From NCBI GenBank assembly GCA_039194325.1, contig JBCCWC010000003.1, positions 160,001 through 224,000 of the forward strand: 64,000 nt of DNA, read 5' to 3'. A model generated the notes under the pieces. The model worked only from the letters and a program-made list of their open reading frames with translations. It had not been told where the DNA came from and did no database searches. Positions 9,374-19,423 of the stretch are shown here, in pieces. The position numbers and the translations under genes are program-made. This stretch comes from Myxococcota bacterium. Lineage in GTDB: Bacteria > Myxococcota_A > Polyangia > Nannocystales > Nannocystaceae. Position 1 is the first letter of the stretch. Each line of letters opens with the position of its first letter.

Positions 9374-10516
9374 ATGGGACAGCGCTTCGCTCCTCGTGCT
9401 TTCGTCATCGCTACCGCCGGGTTCTTCGCGGCGATCTCCTCGAACGCATCGGCCCGGCCGACCGGCGAGCCGCAGGCCTGCGCCAACTGCCACTACGAGA
9501 CCGAGGGGCCGCTCATCGATCTGCGCTTCGACAACGAGTCGCCCGACACGGGCGACACGGTCGCGCTGACCCTCGAGCTCGAGGCGGTCAACGCAGAAGC
9601 ACTGCGCACGGGCATGTTCATCACGGTCGACGGAGGCCAGTTCGTTTTGGTCGAGCCCGAGTCGACCCGCTTTGCCGAGGACGGTGTTCCGACCGCGGTC
9701 TTGCACTCCGAGCCCCGGGATCTCGACGGCTCGGGTCAGGCCCAGTTCCAGGTCGAGTGGGTCGCCCCCGATCAGATCGGCGTGGTCGAGTTCGAGGTGT
9801 GGTCGATGACGGGCAACAGCAACGGCGACTCGGCCGACGACCACCACGCGACTCGCACCTACAGCATCGCGCACGGCTGCGACGGGGTCTACTACCACCT
9901 CGACACCGATGGCGACGGCTTCGGCGATCCCGAGTCGGCCGTCTTGTCGTGCGACCCGATCGACGGCCGGATCGCGCAAGGCGGTGACTGCAACGACGCC
10001 GACGCGACCGTGAACCCGGGAGCCACCGAGCTTTGCAACGCGGTCGACGACAACTGCGACGGGGAAGCCGACGAAGGGCTCGAGCCGGGCATCTACTACC
10101 CCGACACCGACAACGACGGCTACGCCGAGAATTTCAACGAGCCCGAGTTCACCTGCGCCAGCGAGCCCGGTTACGCAGCCGAGGGTGGCGACTGTGCTCC
10201 GGACGATCCCGAGATCAACCCCGGCGCTCCCGAGCGGGCCAACGGCGTGGACGACAACTGCAACGGAGAGATCGACGAGGACGTCTCCTCCGAAGAGGGC
10301 TCGGGCGGTCCTAGCTCCGACTCCGACGGCGCGAGCGGAGAGTCGGGTGGCGCGCTGCCCGGGGCCAACGACGACGGTGGAGACAGCGGTGGCTGCCATG
10401 TGCACGCCTCCGAGCGCTCTGGCTGGGCCGCCGTGGGCCTGTGGGCGCTGCTGCTGGGTGTGGGGACTCGGCGCCGGCGCTCAGACCGACGCTCAGACCG
10501 ACGCTCAATCGTTTGA
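9374..10516 (+). CDS. Surface protein: CxxCH/Reeler-like domain, MopE-type putative metal-binding repeats, MYXO-CTERM-like anchor
   Basis: Signal peptide; CANCH; two D.DGDG.G...GDC.D.D..(V/I)NPGA.E.CN.VDDNC.G..DE units; GGC...TM...RRRR tail. Confidence 0.8.
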   Translation: MGQRFAPRAFVIATAGFFAAISSNASARPTGEPQACANCHYETEGPLIDLRFDNESPDTGDTVALTLELEAVNAEALRTGMFITVDGGQFVLVEPESTRFAEDGVPTAVLHSEPRDLDGSGQAQFQVEWVAPDQIGVVEFEVWSMTGNSNGDSADDHHATRTYSIAHGCDGVYYHLDTDGDGFGDPESAVLSCDPIDGRIAQGGDCNDADATVNPGATELCNAVDDNCDGEADEGLEPGIYYPDTDNDGYAENFNEPEFTCASEPGYAAEGGDCAPDDPEINPGAPERANGVDDNCNGEIDEDVSSEEGSGGPSSDSDGASGESGGALPGANDDGGDSGGCHVHASERSGWAAVGLWALLLGVGTRRRRSDRRSDRRSIV

Positions 10517-10673
10517 GCGGCTCGGGCCTCGGGCCGGCCCGATCTTGCCGGCGGCTCCGGAGTGAGCGTGGGTCCTAGGACCTGTGCTCGCTCGACCGCA
10601 TGATCGGCCCGAGGCACGACGGCACAGTCGGCGGCCATGGCCCCCACAACGCGGCCCTGCTAGCGTAGCGTCC

Positions 10674-12200
10674 ATGAACCTTCGCCCCTTGCGCCTCGCC
10701 CCATGGCTCTGGGGTGCGTGGATGGTAGGCTGCTTGCCCGGCAACCCCTCCAGCGACACCACGACCACCACCGAGGGAACGGCCGATTCCACCGGCACCG
10801 GCACGGGCAGCGAGACGGAGGACCCGGCGGCGGGCGGCGAGCTGCTCGGCTGCCCGCCCGGCGGCGGCTGTGTGATGCTGCTGGCCGCCCAGACCCTCGA
10901 CGACCGGATCGAGGTGTTCGTGCCCGATCACCCCGACTCGGCATACCGCGGATCGATCTCGATGGATCTCAAGCCCAACGAGTGCGCCGGCTGTGGCCTG
11001 GGCGACAACGGCTCGGGGCGTCTCGACGAACCCTTTGGCTTGGTGCGCGCGGGTGGCTACTTGCACGTGCTCACCGGTCACTACCCCAGCCGGCAAGAAG
11101 GCAGCCTGGTCGCGTTTCCGCTGGACTTCTTCGCGGACTATTCGTCGGGGAGCGTGGTGCCGGTGAGCGACTACTTTGCGTCCTCGCAGTTCCTCGACCC
11201 GGTGGTGGGTCGCAGCCTCGGCGAGGTGGAGCCGATCTTCTTGCATGCCCACGCCTCGGGTCGCCTGGTGGTGGGGGTCTTCAACAACGATCTATTCGCC
11301 GGCGAGGACACCTGGACGCAGACGGGTCGCCTGTTGGTCATCGATCCCGCCGATCCCACCGGCGAGGTGGGCTCGGTGACCCTCGAGGGCCTCGACAATG
11401 GTCCATGCCGGGGGGCCTCGCAGGTGGTCGACCTGGGGGGTGAGATCCTGGCGGTGGCCTGCGACGGCAACGAGGGCGTGGCCGTGCTCGATGGCTCCAA
11501 CCTGGCCACGGGTACCGTGGCCGAGGCCGCGGCCACCTTGGGAACGGGGGCGTTTTGTTCGATCCCCGGCGCCATGTCGAACAAGCGGGTACGCTACCTG
11601 GCGCCCGACGGCGGATCGGGCACCGGATTCCTGGTCGGCGAGGGCCCCACCCCGCTCGACATCAACGGCACCGCGCGTCTGTGGCACTTTTCGACCAACT
11701 GCGGGCTGGTGGGCAACGTGCAGCTCAGTGACATGGGAGCGCCGGGAGACTGGCAGCTGGGGGAGTTTGTGCGCTTGCCCTCCGCGACGCCCACGTGGCT
11801 GTTTGCCGCGGGCTCGGCCCTGGACGGCGGCCGACGCGGGGTATTTGTGGCGCACGAGGCCAGCGGCTCGCTGGAGATGTGTCCCGATCCGATCGCCGGC
11901 TTCGACTCGGCCTGGGACGACGGCAACGGTGATTTCGTCGAGCCCTTCGCGCTGGCCCTCACCAGCGACGGGGCCAACCTCGCGGTGGGCGCGGGGCCGT
12001 TCATTGCCGACCCGGCCGGGGTCGGCTACGGCAAGGTGCTGTGGGCCTCGCTGTCGGGATCCGATCCATGCTCGTTGTCGGCGAGCGTGACCGACCTAAC
12101 CGATGGTGATCCCGGTCGGGCACCGGCGCCCACCGATGCCGACCCGCTCACGTTTCGCCGCGGACCCAACGTGGTCGTGATCCAGGAGATCTCCGGTTGA
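10674..12200 (+). CDS. Lipoprotein of unknown function (probable beta-propeller)
   Basis: Lipobox MVGC, Thr-rich linker, GC3 bias; TGA overlaps the next ATG. Confidence 0.75.
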   Translation: MNLRPLRLAPWLWGAWMVGCLPGNPSSDTTTTTEGTADSTGTGTGSETEDPAAGGELLGCPPGGGCVMLLAAQTLDDRIEVFVPDHPDSAYRGSISMDLKPNECAGCGLGDNGSGRLDEPFGLVRAGGYLHVLTGHYPSRQEGSLVAFPLDFFADYSSGSVVPVSDYFASSQFLDPVVGRSLGEVEPIFLHAHASGRLVVGVFNNDLFAGEDTWTQTGRLLVIDPADPTGEVGSVTLEGLDNGPCRGASQVVDLGGEILAVACDGNEGVAVLDGSNLATGTVAEAAATLGTGAFCSIPGAMSNKRVRYLAPDGGSGTGFLVGEGPTPLDINGTARLWHFSTNCGLVGNVQLSDMGAPGDWQLGEFVRLPSATPTWLFAAGSALDGGRRGVFVAHEASGSLEMCPDPIAGFDSAWDDGNGDFVEPFALALTSDGANLAVGAGPFIADPAGVGYGKVLWASLSGSDPCSLSASVTDLTDGDPGRAPAPTDADPLTFRRGPNVVVIQEISG

Positions 12201-14527
12201 TGACCACGCCAAGCCGACCGTCTCGACCCCCGAGCACTCCCCGGCGATCCATTCGATTGCCCGTAGTTCGATTGCCCGTAGTCGATGCCCAGTCGCCCGT
12301 GACCCCGGCCGACGATCCACTGGCCTTCGTGCGCGGGGGTCGTTTTGCCCGGGCGTTTGCTCTGGTGGTGGCGGTGATCGGCTTGGTGTGGATCGGTGCG
12401 CACCGGGTCCAGGCCCGCAACCTCGCCGAAGCGCAAGTGCGGGTGCACGCCGATCTCCGCGACGACCCCCGCTTCGCGAGCATGGTGGCCCGGCTGGCGG
12501 CGCCGCCGATGCCTCCGGTGGAGGACATCACGCCAGACCGTAGCGGTGAAGGTGGCGGTGAGGGCAGCGTGCCGCCGATGCCGGCGGTGGAAGACATCAC
12601 ACCAGACCGTAGCGATGAAGGTGGCGGTGAGGGCAGCGTGCCGCCGATGCCTCCGGTGGAGGACATCACGCCAGACCGTAGCGATGAAGGTGGCGGTGAG
12701 GGCGGCGTGCCGCCGATGCCGGCGGTGGAGGACATCACGCCCGCGGGCAATGGCGACGAGGAGGTCTACACCGATCGCTTTGGTCGCAAGCGCACCAAGT
12801 CGGGCGCGCTCATCCTCGACGAGGAGGGCGGCGGTGAGGAGGGAATCGGGCTCGACCCGGGCGTCGTTGCCGAGCTCGACCAGGGGGGGTTTTTCGATCC
12901 CACGGCCTTCGATGACGCCAAGACGGTCAAGAAGAAGGCCTACGTACACCTGATGCCGGGGATCCCCAACTCGGTGTTCTTCGCCTCGGGTGTGGTGATC
13001 TTACTGCTGTCGTTCCTGGTATTCGAGCGCTACGGCAAGCGTAAGGATCCCCGCTCGCGCGAGCGCGGGTACTGGCGCCTCGAGCTGACGCGCTGGCCGT
13101 GGCTGGCCCGGGCGATCAAGAGCCGGTGGTTCCAGCCCGCGGTGCAGCTACCGGTGGTGATCGGCTTCTTGGCCGTGATCGTGGCCGGCCTGGTGGGCAG
13201 CCAGGAGCCAGGCCGCAACATCGCGCCGGTGCTCACCTGGAACATCTGGTGGATCGGCCTCATCTTCGCGGTGTTCTTCTTCGGCAACCTGTGGTGCTTC
13301 ATGTGCCCCTGGACGGCCATTCCCGACTGGGCCAGCCGGCTGTCGCTGACCAGCACCACGGCGATCCGCAGCCTGGGCAAGAAGTACCCGCGCTTCAAGC
13401 TGTGGATGTGGCCCGCGATCATCCTGTTCGCGGTGATCACCTGGCTCGAGATCATCTACGACGCGGCCAACCGCCCCTGGCTGACCTCGGTGATCGCGAT
13501 CTTCATGGTGGTCTTGTCGTGGGTGATGCTGGTGCTCTACGAGCGCAAGGCGATGTGCCGCTACGTATGCTTCGTGGGCCGGGTGAGCGGCCAATACGCC
13601 ATGATGGGCATGGTCGAGCTACGGCGCCGCGATCCCGAGATCTGCCGCCGCTGCGAGAACAAGGACTGCTACCGCGGCCGAGAGGGGGTCGGCCTGCCCT
13701 GCCCCACCCACGAGTTCATGGGGGCGATGAACGAGAATCAGTACTGCACGCTGTGCACCGAGTGCGTCAAGAGCTGCCCCCACGACAACATCGCGCTCAA
13801 CGTGCGCAGTAGCGGGGCGGACATCCTCTATCCTCATCGCAGCCGGAAGGACGAGGCCTATATGGCCATCCTGGTGTTCATCGTCAGCGCCTTTCACGGC
13901 GCGGCTATGATCCCGCTGTGGATGGAGTGGGAGGACGCGATCCGCGGCTTCATCATCGACACGCAGACCGCCTGGCTGGGCCAGGAAGTCCTGGGCTTTT
14001 CGGGCAGCCAGGGCGGCACGATGACCTTCACCCTGATGATGCTGGCCTGCATCTTTATCCCCGGCCTGGTCTACTGGCTGCTGTGCGCGGCCATGCGCTG
14101 GGCCAGCGGACGCCCGGACATCAAGCTCCGCCGGGTCTTCATCCGCTTCGCGTACACGCTGCTGCCGATCGCGCTATTTTATCACCTGGCCCACAACGCC
14201 ACCCATGTGTTCTATGAGTGGTCCAAGCTGCGGCGCCTGGTCAGCGACCCGCTGGGTTGGGGTACCGACTACTTCGGCACCGCCCGCGCCCCGCTGTCGG
14301 CCCTGTGGTCGCCCGAGAGCATCTGGTACCTCCAGGTGGCGCTCATTATCATCGGGCATATCTACGGGATCCTGGTGGCCCAGCGCGAGGCGTTCCGGCT
14401 GTACGACGGCGACCGCAAGGCCAGCCTACGGGTGCACCTGGTGATGATGGTGGGCATGGTCGCGATGAGCATGCTCAGCCTGTGGCTGCTGGCCCAGCCG
14501 ATGTTCATGCGCACGGCCGAGGTGTAG
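12200..14527 (+). CDS. Polytopic membrane 4Fe-4S protein (NapH/NosR/YccM-like)
   Basis: WCFMCP and MCRYVCF motifs, CxxCxxxxC and CTLCTECVKSCP ferredoxin motifs, many TM helices. Confidence 0.85.
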   Translation: MTTPSRPSRPPSTPRRSIRLPVVRLPVVDAQSPVTPADDPLAFVRGGRFARAFALVVAVIGLVWIGAHRVQARNLAEAQVRVHADLRDDPRFASMVARLAAPPMPPVEDITPDRSGEGGGEGSVPPMPAVEDITPDRSDEGGGEGSVPPMPPVEDITPDRSDEGGGEGGVPPMPAVEDITPAGNGDEEVYTDRFGRKRTKSGALILDEEGGGEEGIGLDPGVVAELDQGGFFDPTAFDDAKTVKKKAYVHLMPGIPNSVFFASGVVILLLSFLVFERYGKRKDPRSRERGYWRLELTRWPWLARAIKSRWFQPAVQLPVVIGFLAVIVAGLVGSQEPGRNIAPVLTWNIWWIGLIFAVFFFGNLWCFMCPWTAIPDWASRLSLTSTTAIRSLGKKYPRFKLWMWPAIILFAVITWLEIIYDAANRPWLTSVIAIFMVVLSWVMLVLYERKAMCRYVCFVGRVSGQYAMMGMVELRRRDPEICRRCENKDCYRGREGVGLPCPTHEFMGAMNENQYCTLCTECVKSCPHDNIALNVRSSGADILYPHRSRKDEAYMAILVFIVSAFHGAAMIPLWMEWEDAIRGFIIDTQTAWLGQEVLGFSGSQGGTMTFTLMMLACIFIPGLVYWLLCAAMRWASGRPDIKLRRVFIRFAYTLLPIALFYHLAHNATHVFYEWSKLRRLVSDPLGWGTDYFGTARAPLSALWSPESIWYLQVALIIIGHIYGILVAQREAFRLYDGDRKASLRVHLVMMVGMVAMSMLSLWLLAQPMFMRTAEV
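12503..12742 (+). repeat. 69-bp coding tandem repeat, about 3.5 copies (PPMP[PA]VEDITPDRS[GD]EGGGEG[SG]V)
   Basis: Units start at 12503, 12572, 12641 and 12710. Confidence 0.95.
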
Positions 14528-14590
14528 ACCCCGCAGCCTAGACCCGCGGTGTAGACCCGCGGTGTAGACCCCGCAGCCTAGACCCGCGGG
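14521..14590. repeat. 13-14-bp tandem repeat (TAGACCC core x5) spanning the stop codon
   Basis: TAGACCC at 14525, 14539, 14552, 14565 and 14579. Confidence 0.85.
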
Positions 14591-14593
14591 GCG

Positions 14594-15187
14594 TCAGACC
14601 CCCGGTAGCCCGTCGACGCAAGACGAGAGGTTCGGGTAGCACGCCAGATCCGGCACGCACACGTCTCGGTCGGCGCCTTCGTCGGCCGCACAGGTGAGCA
14701 CGTCGATCGTCACCCCGCCCACGGTGGGCGGGGTGCAGTTCGCCTCGGCGGCGCAGGGGATCGTGCAATCACGCTCGCCTTGGAACGTGGCGCACACCAG
14801 ATCTCCGTCGCAGTCGTCGTCGTCGTTGCAGGGCAGACGCGGCGGCTCGGGTGGGGGCTCCGGCGCCGGGGGAGGCTCGTCGGCGCCTACTCGGCAAAAG
14901 TCCAGCCCCACGAGCGCGAAGGTGCTGGTGTCGCAGTAGAACCCGCTGGGGCAACCTCCGTCGCAGGGCTCGGTGCAGTAGATCGGCGGGCTGTCGGTCG
15001 CGATCCCCACGCAGACCAGCCCTGCGCACTCGTCGGGCTCTTCGCAGGGGCCCTCGCCGGTGGGCTTGAGAGCACCTGCCCCTCCATCTGCGTCTCCATC
15101 TTCATTGCTGGCTTCACAGGCCGGGGTCAGCAGGCCGAGGGCCAAGGCGATCGAGCAGGCGCGTGCGAAACTGTGGGTCATCATCAT
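14594..15187 (-). CDS. Cys-rich lipoprotein
   Basis: GAGGAG SD, lipobox TPAC, many Cys in small disulfide-type modules. Confidence 0.75.
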   Translation of the reverse strand: MMMTHSFARACSIALALGLLTPACEASNEDGDADGGAGALKPTGEGPCEEPDECAGLVCVGIATDSPPIYCTEPCDGGCPSGFYCDTSTFALVGLDFCRVGADEPPPAPEPPPEPPRLPCNDDDDCDGDLVCATFQGERDCTIPCAAEANCTPPTVGGVTIDVLTCAADEGADRDVCVPDLACYPNLSSCVDGLPGV

Positions 15188-15445
15188 GGTCGGCTCCTCA
15201 TGGGTAGGGCCCAGCCGGGCCCTCACCAAGACGGTCCACGCTCGCGGGATTTTTGATTGCTGGTTTCGTCCTATACTGCGATCGATGGGCGAGATCGGGG
15301 TCGAAGGCTGGATCTGGCTCCAGCGCGGCTGTGGCGTCGGGTTCGGTTGCGAGGTCGGGGCTCGGGTGTCGGGGGCTTGGGTGTCCGGGGTTACCCGGGG
15401 TCTTGATGTCCGGGCCGGTGGTTGCGCCCAACCCGAGGTACGCGC

Positions 15446-16480
15446 ATGAGCGCGGATCCCCCCGGCGAAGACGCCCCCGATCTGTTCGACCGCGAGCCGG
15501 TCACTTCGTCCTCGTCCGATCCCGCGGCACAGGTCGAGGACGAGCGTCTGCGTACCGAGCTACGGGCGCGTCTATTCGGTGAGCCCCGGTCGGCGGTTCG
15601 GATCGGTGAGTACGAGGTGTTGCACAAGCTGGGCCAGGGTGGCACCAGCACCGTGTTCGCGGTGCGCGACCGTCAGGGTCGCTCGCGGGCGCTCAAGCTC
15701 GTCCAGTCGTGTGACCCTCGCTCGCTGGCTCGGCTGCGCCGAGAGGGGCGAGCGATGGAAGCGCTGGTTCACCCTCATATCGTGCGCATGCACCAGATGG
15801 GCACCCACGGTGACGCGGTCTACGTGGTGTTCGACTTGATCGAAGGCGTCGCCCTTCAGTCTTGGCTACGAAGCGCACGGTCATGGCGCGAGACGCTCGC
15901 TTGCCTGCTGCCCGTGCTCGATGGCCTCGCGTCGGCCCACGCGCTGGGCATCCTTCATCGCGACCTCAAGCCCGAGAACATCCTGGTCCAGCCGCCCTCT
16001 CACGCGTGGCTGCTGGACTTTGGCCTGGCTCTTCCGCTGCCGGGCAGCGACGCTCAGGCGCTGACCCACATGAGCCAGGCGCTGACCCGCACCGGAGCGG
16101 TGCTCGGGACCGTGGGCTACATCGCGCCTGAGCACCTGCTGGGCCAACCTCTCGATGCGCGGGCCGATCAGTTCTCGATCTGCGTGGTGCTGTGGCAGGC
16201 GCTCTACGGACAGGCGCCGTTCACGGGGCCCACCGCCGACGCGATCGGGTTGGCGGCGCTGCGGGAGCGGTGCAATGAGCCACCGCGTGGCGACGTACCT
16301 TCGGCCGTCGAGGCTGCGCTACGCAAGGGGCTACGCGCCGAGCCTTCGGCTCGACACGCTTCGGTACGAGCGCTGGCCGACGTCCTCGACCGCGCGATGC
16401 CGAGCACAGACCCAAGCGCAGACCCAAGCGCAGACAAGCATCGCGGGTGGTTGGCTCGCTGGCGTAGGCGCAGGCGCTGA
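15446..16480 (+). CDS. Ser/Thr protein kinase (catalytic domain only)
   Basis: LGQGGTSTV, ALK, HRDLKPEN, DFG, GTVGYIAPE. Confidence 0.9.
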   Translation: MSADPPGEDAPDLFDREPVTSSSSDPAAQVEDERLRTELRARLFGEPRSAVRIGEYEVLHKLGQGGTSTVFAVRDRQGRSRALKLVQSCDPRSLARLRREGRAMEALVHPHIVRMHQMGTHGDAVYVVFDLIEGVALQSWLRSARSWRETLACLLPVLDGLASAHALGILHRDLKPENILVQPPSHAWLLDFGLALPLPGSDAQALTHMSQALTRTGAVLGTVGYIAPEHLLGQPLDARADQFSICVVLWQALYGQAPFTGPTADAIGLAALRERCNEPPRGDVPSAVEAALRKGLRAEPSARHASVRALADVLDRAMPSTDPSADPSADKHRGWLARWRRRRR

Positions 16481-16574
16481 ACGGCCCGTCGCTCGTCGAG
16501 CCACGACGTAGTCCTCCTAGATGGGCGGGCGCGCATGAGTCGGTGTTTGCGACCCATGGTGACGATGGCAGACA

Positions 16575-19397
16575 ATGAAGAGCGTGGTGGATGCGGATCT
16601 GGAGACGACGAGGGATCTGTCCGAGTCTTCCTCGAGGTCGATGCCCCGTGCTCGTGGTCTGCCCGAAGGACCCGAGCTCGATGCTCTGCAACCGGGCCGG
16701 ATGCTGGGTCGCTACTTGATCATCGAGGAGCGGGGACGAGGGGGCATGGGCGTGGTGCTGCGTGCCTACGATCCCAAGCTGCAGCGCGAGGTTGCGCTGA
16801 AGGTGCTCCGACCCGGCGCTCTGGATTCGGCCAACAAGGCGCGTATGGTCCAAGAAGCGCGGGCGTTGGCCAAGCTGTCCCATCCCCACGTGGTCTCGGT
16901 CTACGACGTCGATCTCGAGCTGGAGGGGAGCACGATGATCGTCATGGAGTTCGTTGACGGTCGCAACCTCCGTCGGTGGCTCAGGGAATCCTCGAGATCG
17001 CGGCGCGAGATCGTTGAAGCCTTCTTGGTCGCGGGGCGGGGCCTGGCTGCGGCGCACGCCAAGGGCTTGCTGCATCGTGATTTCAAGCCTTCCAATGTAA
17101 TGATCACCACCGATGGTCGGATCAAGGTCACCGATTTCGGGCTGGCCAAGCTCGTGGGCAAGGACGTCACGTCGACCGACACGAGCAGCGACGCCGGCTC
17201 GACTCTGGTCCGTTCGACGAAAGAGGACCGCTTGTTGCCGAGCGCACAGATGGGGACGCCTCGATACATGGCGCCAGAGCAGCACGCGGGTGAAGCACTC
17301 GACGCACGCACCGACCAGTATGCGTTCTGCGTGGCGCTGTGGGAGGCGTTGACCGGCGAGCCGCCGTTCGACGACAAGGCTCTGGAGGCGAGCAAGCGAA
17401 GAGGAGCACCCCTTTGGCCTCGCGGATCCTTGATGCCCGGCCATGTCGTTCAGGCCCTGGTTCGCGGACTGTCGGTGGACCCCAAGGCGCGGTGGCCAAG
17501 CCTCGACGCGTTGCTGGGGCGGCTGAGTCACGATCCCAGCCGCTGGCGCCGGCGAGGGCTGGTGATCGGCGTGGCTGGGTTGGCGGTGGTTGCGGGGGGC
17601 GTGGGGATCTGGCGCTTCGATCGAGCCCGACGGCAGGCGGCCTGCAGCGCCGAGGGTCGGGTGATCGGCGAGGTATGGAACGACGAGGCTCGCCAGAAGG
17701 TGCGCACGGGGATCATGACGGTCCGAGCCAGCTACTCGGAGACAGTGGCCCACAACGTGATGCCATGGCTCGACAACTATGCGGAGGCTTGGAGGGAGCA
17801 GACGGTCGAGGCCTGCCTCGAAGAGTCGGTGAACGAGCGCTGGGACTCGGCTCGGCTCGACGCAGCGCGCTGGTGCCTCGAAGATCGGCGGTTGGCGTTC
17901 GCCACCCTGGTGACAGAACTGGCCCGGGGCGACGAGCACGGCGCCCGCAATGCGGTGCAGGCCGCAGCCGACCTGCCGCTGATCACGGTGTGTGTCGACG
18001 ATTCTATGCTCGGGTGGGCCCGCGAGCCTCCTGCGCCGGACGAGCGACCTCGCATAGCCCGCGTGCGCGAGGTTCTGTGGCGGGCTCGGGCCCAGGACGC
18101 CGCGGGGCGATACGACGAAGGACTCCAGTCCATACGTGAAGCCAAGCGCGAGACCGAGGTGTTGTCGTGGCTCCCGCTGGTCTCAGAGGTTCTGTCCACC
18201 GAGTCTTCCCTCTTGTCTCACCTAGACGAGCACGTCGAGTCCGAAGCCGCGGCGGTCGAGGCCTACAAGGCCGCGGTGCTCTCGGGCAACTGGAACGTTG
18301 CCGCTTCGGTGGCGTCGATGTTGGTGTTCGTGGTGGGCTACAAGCAGTCGCGTCACCGTGAGGGAGAGACTTGGGCTGAGCATGCCCAGGTCGCCATTGA
18401 GCTTGCTGGCGATCCGCTGGGGCTGCTGGAGGCCCAGCGCCTCAGTAGCCTCGGCACCGTGCTCCGGCTCGAAGGGCGCTATGTGGAGGCCCGGACCAAG
18501 CACCAGCAAGCTCTCTCGCTGCGGGTGGAGGCGCTGGGATCCGATCACCTATCGGCCGCGCGTAGCTTGATCAACCTGGGCAACGTACTCCGGTCCGAGG
18601 AGGCGTTCGACCAGGCGCAGGCCGTGCTGACCGAGGCGCTCGAGCTGTTCGAACGCACCCTGGGGCCCAACCATCCCACGGTCGCGACCTGTCATGACAA
18701 CCTCGGGGCGGTGCTGACCTTAAAGGGGCAACGGGACCAGGGCCGCGTTCACTTGGAGCGAGCGGTGGCGATCTACGAAGAGGCGTTGGGCCCCGACCAT
18801 GGCGATCTCGCGCGCAGCCTGAACAACCTCGCCAACGTCGAGTCCTTGCTGGGGAATGACGAGGCGGCGATCTCCAGCTATCGGCGGGTGCTGACGATCT
18901 GGGAGCGGACGTTGAGCCCAGACCACCAATATATCGCGAGTGCCCTGAACAACCTGGGCTACGCACACTTCAGCCTGGGCGAGCTCGAGTCGTCGCGGGC
19001 CAGCTTCGCGCGGGCGCTCGCGATCCAGCGGGCGACGCTGGGTCCTGAGCATCCCAATCTAGAGTACCCGCTGCACGGGATGGCCTCGGTCCTGGTCGCG
19101 CAGGGAGAGTACCGAGCGGCGATCGCCCACAAGGAGCAAGTGATCGATCTGATGGCGACTCTGGGCCGGTCCCCGCCGGAGATCGCCGAGCATCAATTCG
19201 ACCTGGCGCAGATGCTCTGGGATGCTCCCAACGACGATGGTCGCGACCGAGCCCGCAGCCTCGATCTCGCCCAGCAAGCCCGAGACACCTACCCGCCCGA
19301 CGATGAGGAGCGTACCTCCGTCGAGGCGTGGCTGGCCGAGCGATCATCCATGGCTCGACCTGCCGGCGATGACGAGCATCATCGCAATGAGCGATGA
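16575..19397 (+). CDS. Membrane Ser/Thr kinase with TPR repeats
   Basis: GRGGMGVV, VALK, HRDFKPSN, DFG, GTPRYMAPE; TM; LGP.HP..A....NL TPR_12-type repeats. Confidence 0.92.
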   Translation: MKSVVDADLETTRDLSESSSRSMPRARGLPEGPELDALQPGRMLGRYLIIEERGRGGMGVVLRAYDPKLQREVALKVLRPGALDSANKARMVQEARALAKLSHPHVVSVYDVDLELEGSTMIVMEFVDGRNLRRWLRESSRSRREIVEAFLVAGRGLAAAHAKGLLHRDFKPSNVMITTDGRIKVTDFGLAKLVGKDVTSTDTSSDAGSTLVRSTKEDRLLPSAQMGTPRYMAPEQHAGEALDARTDQYAFCVALWEALTGEPPFDDKALEASKRRGAPLWPRGSLMPGHVVQALVRGLSVDPKARWPSLDALLGRLSHDPSRWRRRGLVIGVAGLAVVAGGVGIWRFDRARRQAACSAEGRVIGEVWNDEARQKVRTGIMTVRASYSETVAHNVMPWLDNYAEAWREQTVEACLEESVNERWDSARLDAARWCLEDRRLAFATLVTELARGDEHGARNAVQAAADLPLITVCVDDSMLGWAREPPAPDERPRIARVREVLWRARAQDAAGRYDEGLQSIREAKRETEVLSWLPLVSEVLSTESSLLSHLDEHVESEAAAVEAYKAAVLSGNWNVAASVASMLVFVVGYKQSRHREGETWAEHAQVAIELAGDPLGLLEAQRLSSLGTVLRLEGRYVEARTKHQQALSLRVEALGSDHLSAARSLINLGNVLRSEEAFDQAQAVLTEALELFERTLGPNHPTVATCHDNLGAVLTLKGQRDQGRVHLERAVAIYEEALGPDHGDLARSLNNLANVESLLGNDEAAISSYRRVLTIWERTLSPDHQYIASALNNLGYAHFSLGELESSRASFARALAIQRATLGPEHPNLEYPLHGMASVLVAQGEYRAAIAHKEQVIDLMATLGRSPPEIAEHQFDLAQMLWDAPNDDGRDRARSLDLAQQARDTYPPDDEERTSVEAWLAERSSMARPAGDDEHHRNER

Positions 19398-19423
19398 CGC
19401 AGGGAGGCGGAGCACCAAGCCGG

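Noticed and set aside
12503..12742. Possible CRISPR array (also 31502-31598 and 14521-14590)
   Set aside because: Contiguous tandem units without unique spacers; no cas genes.
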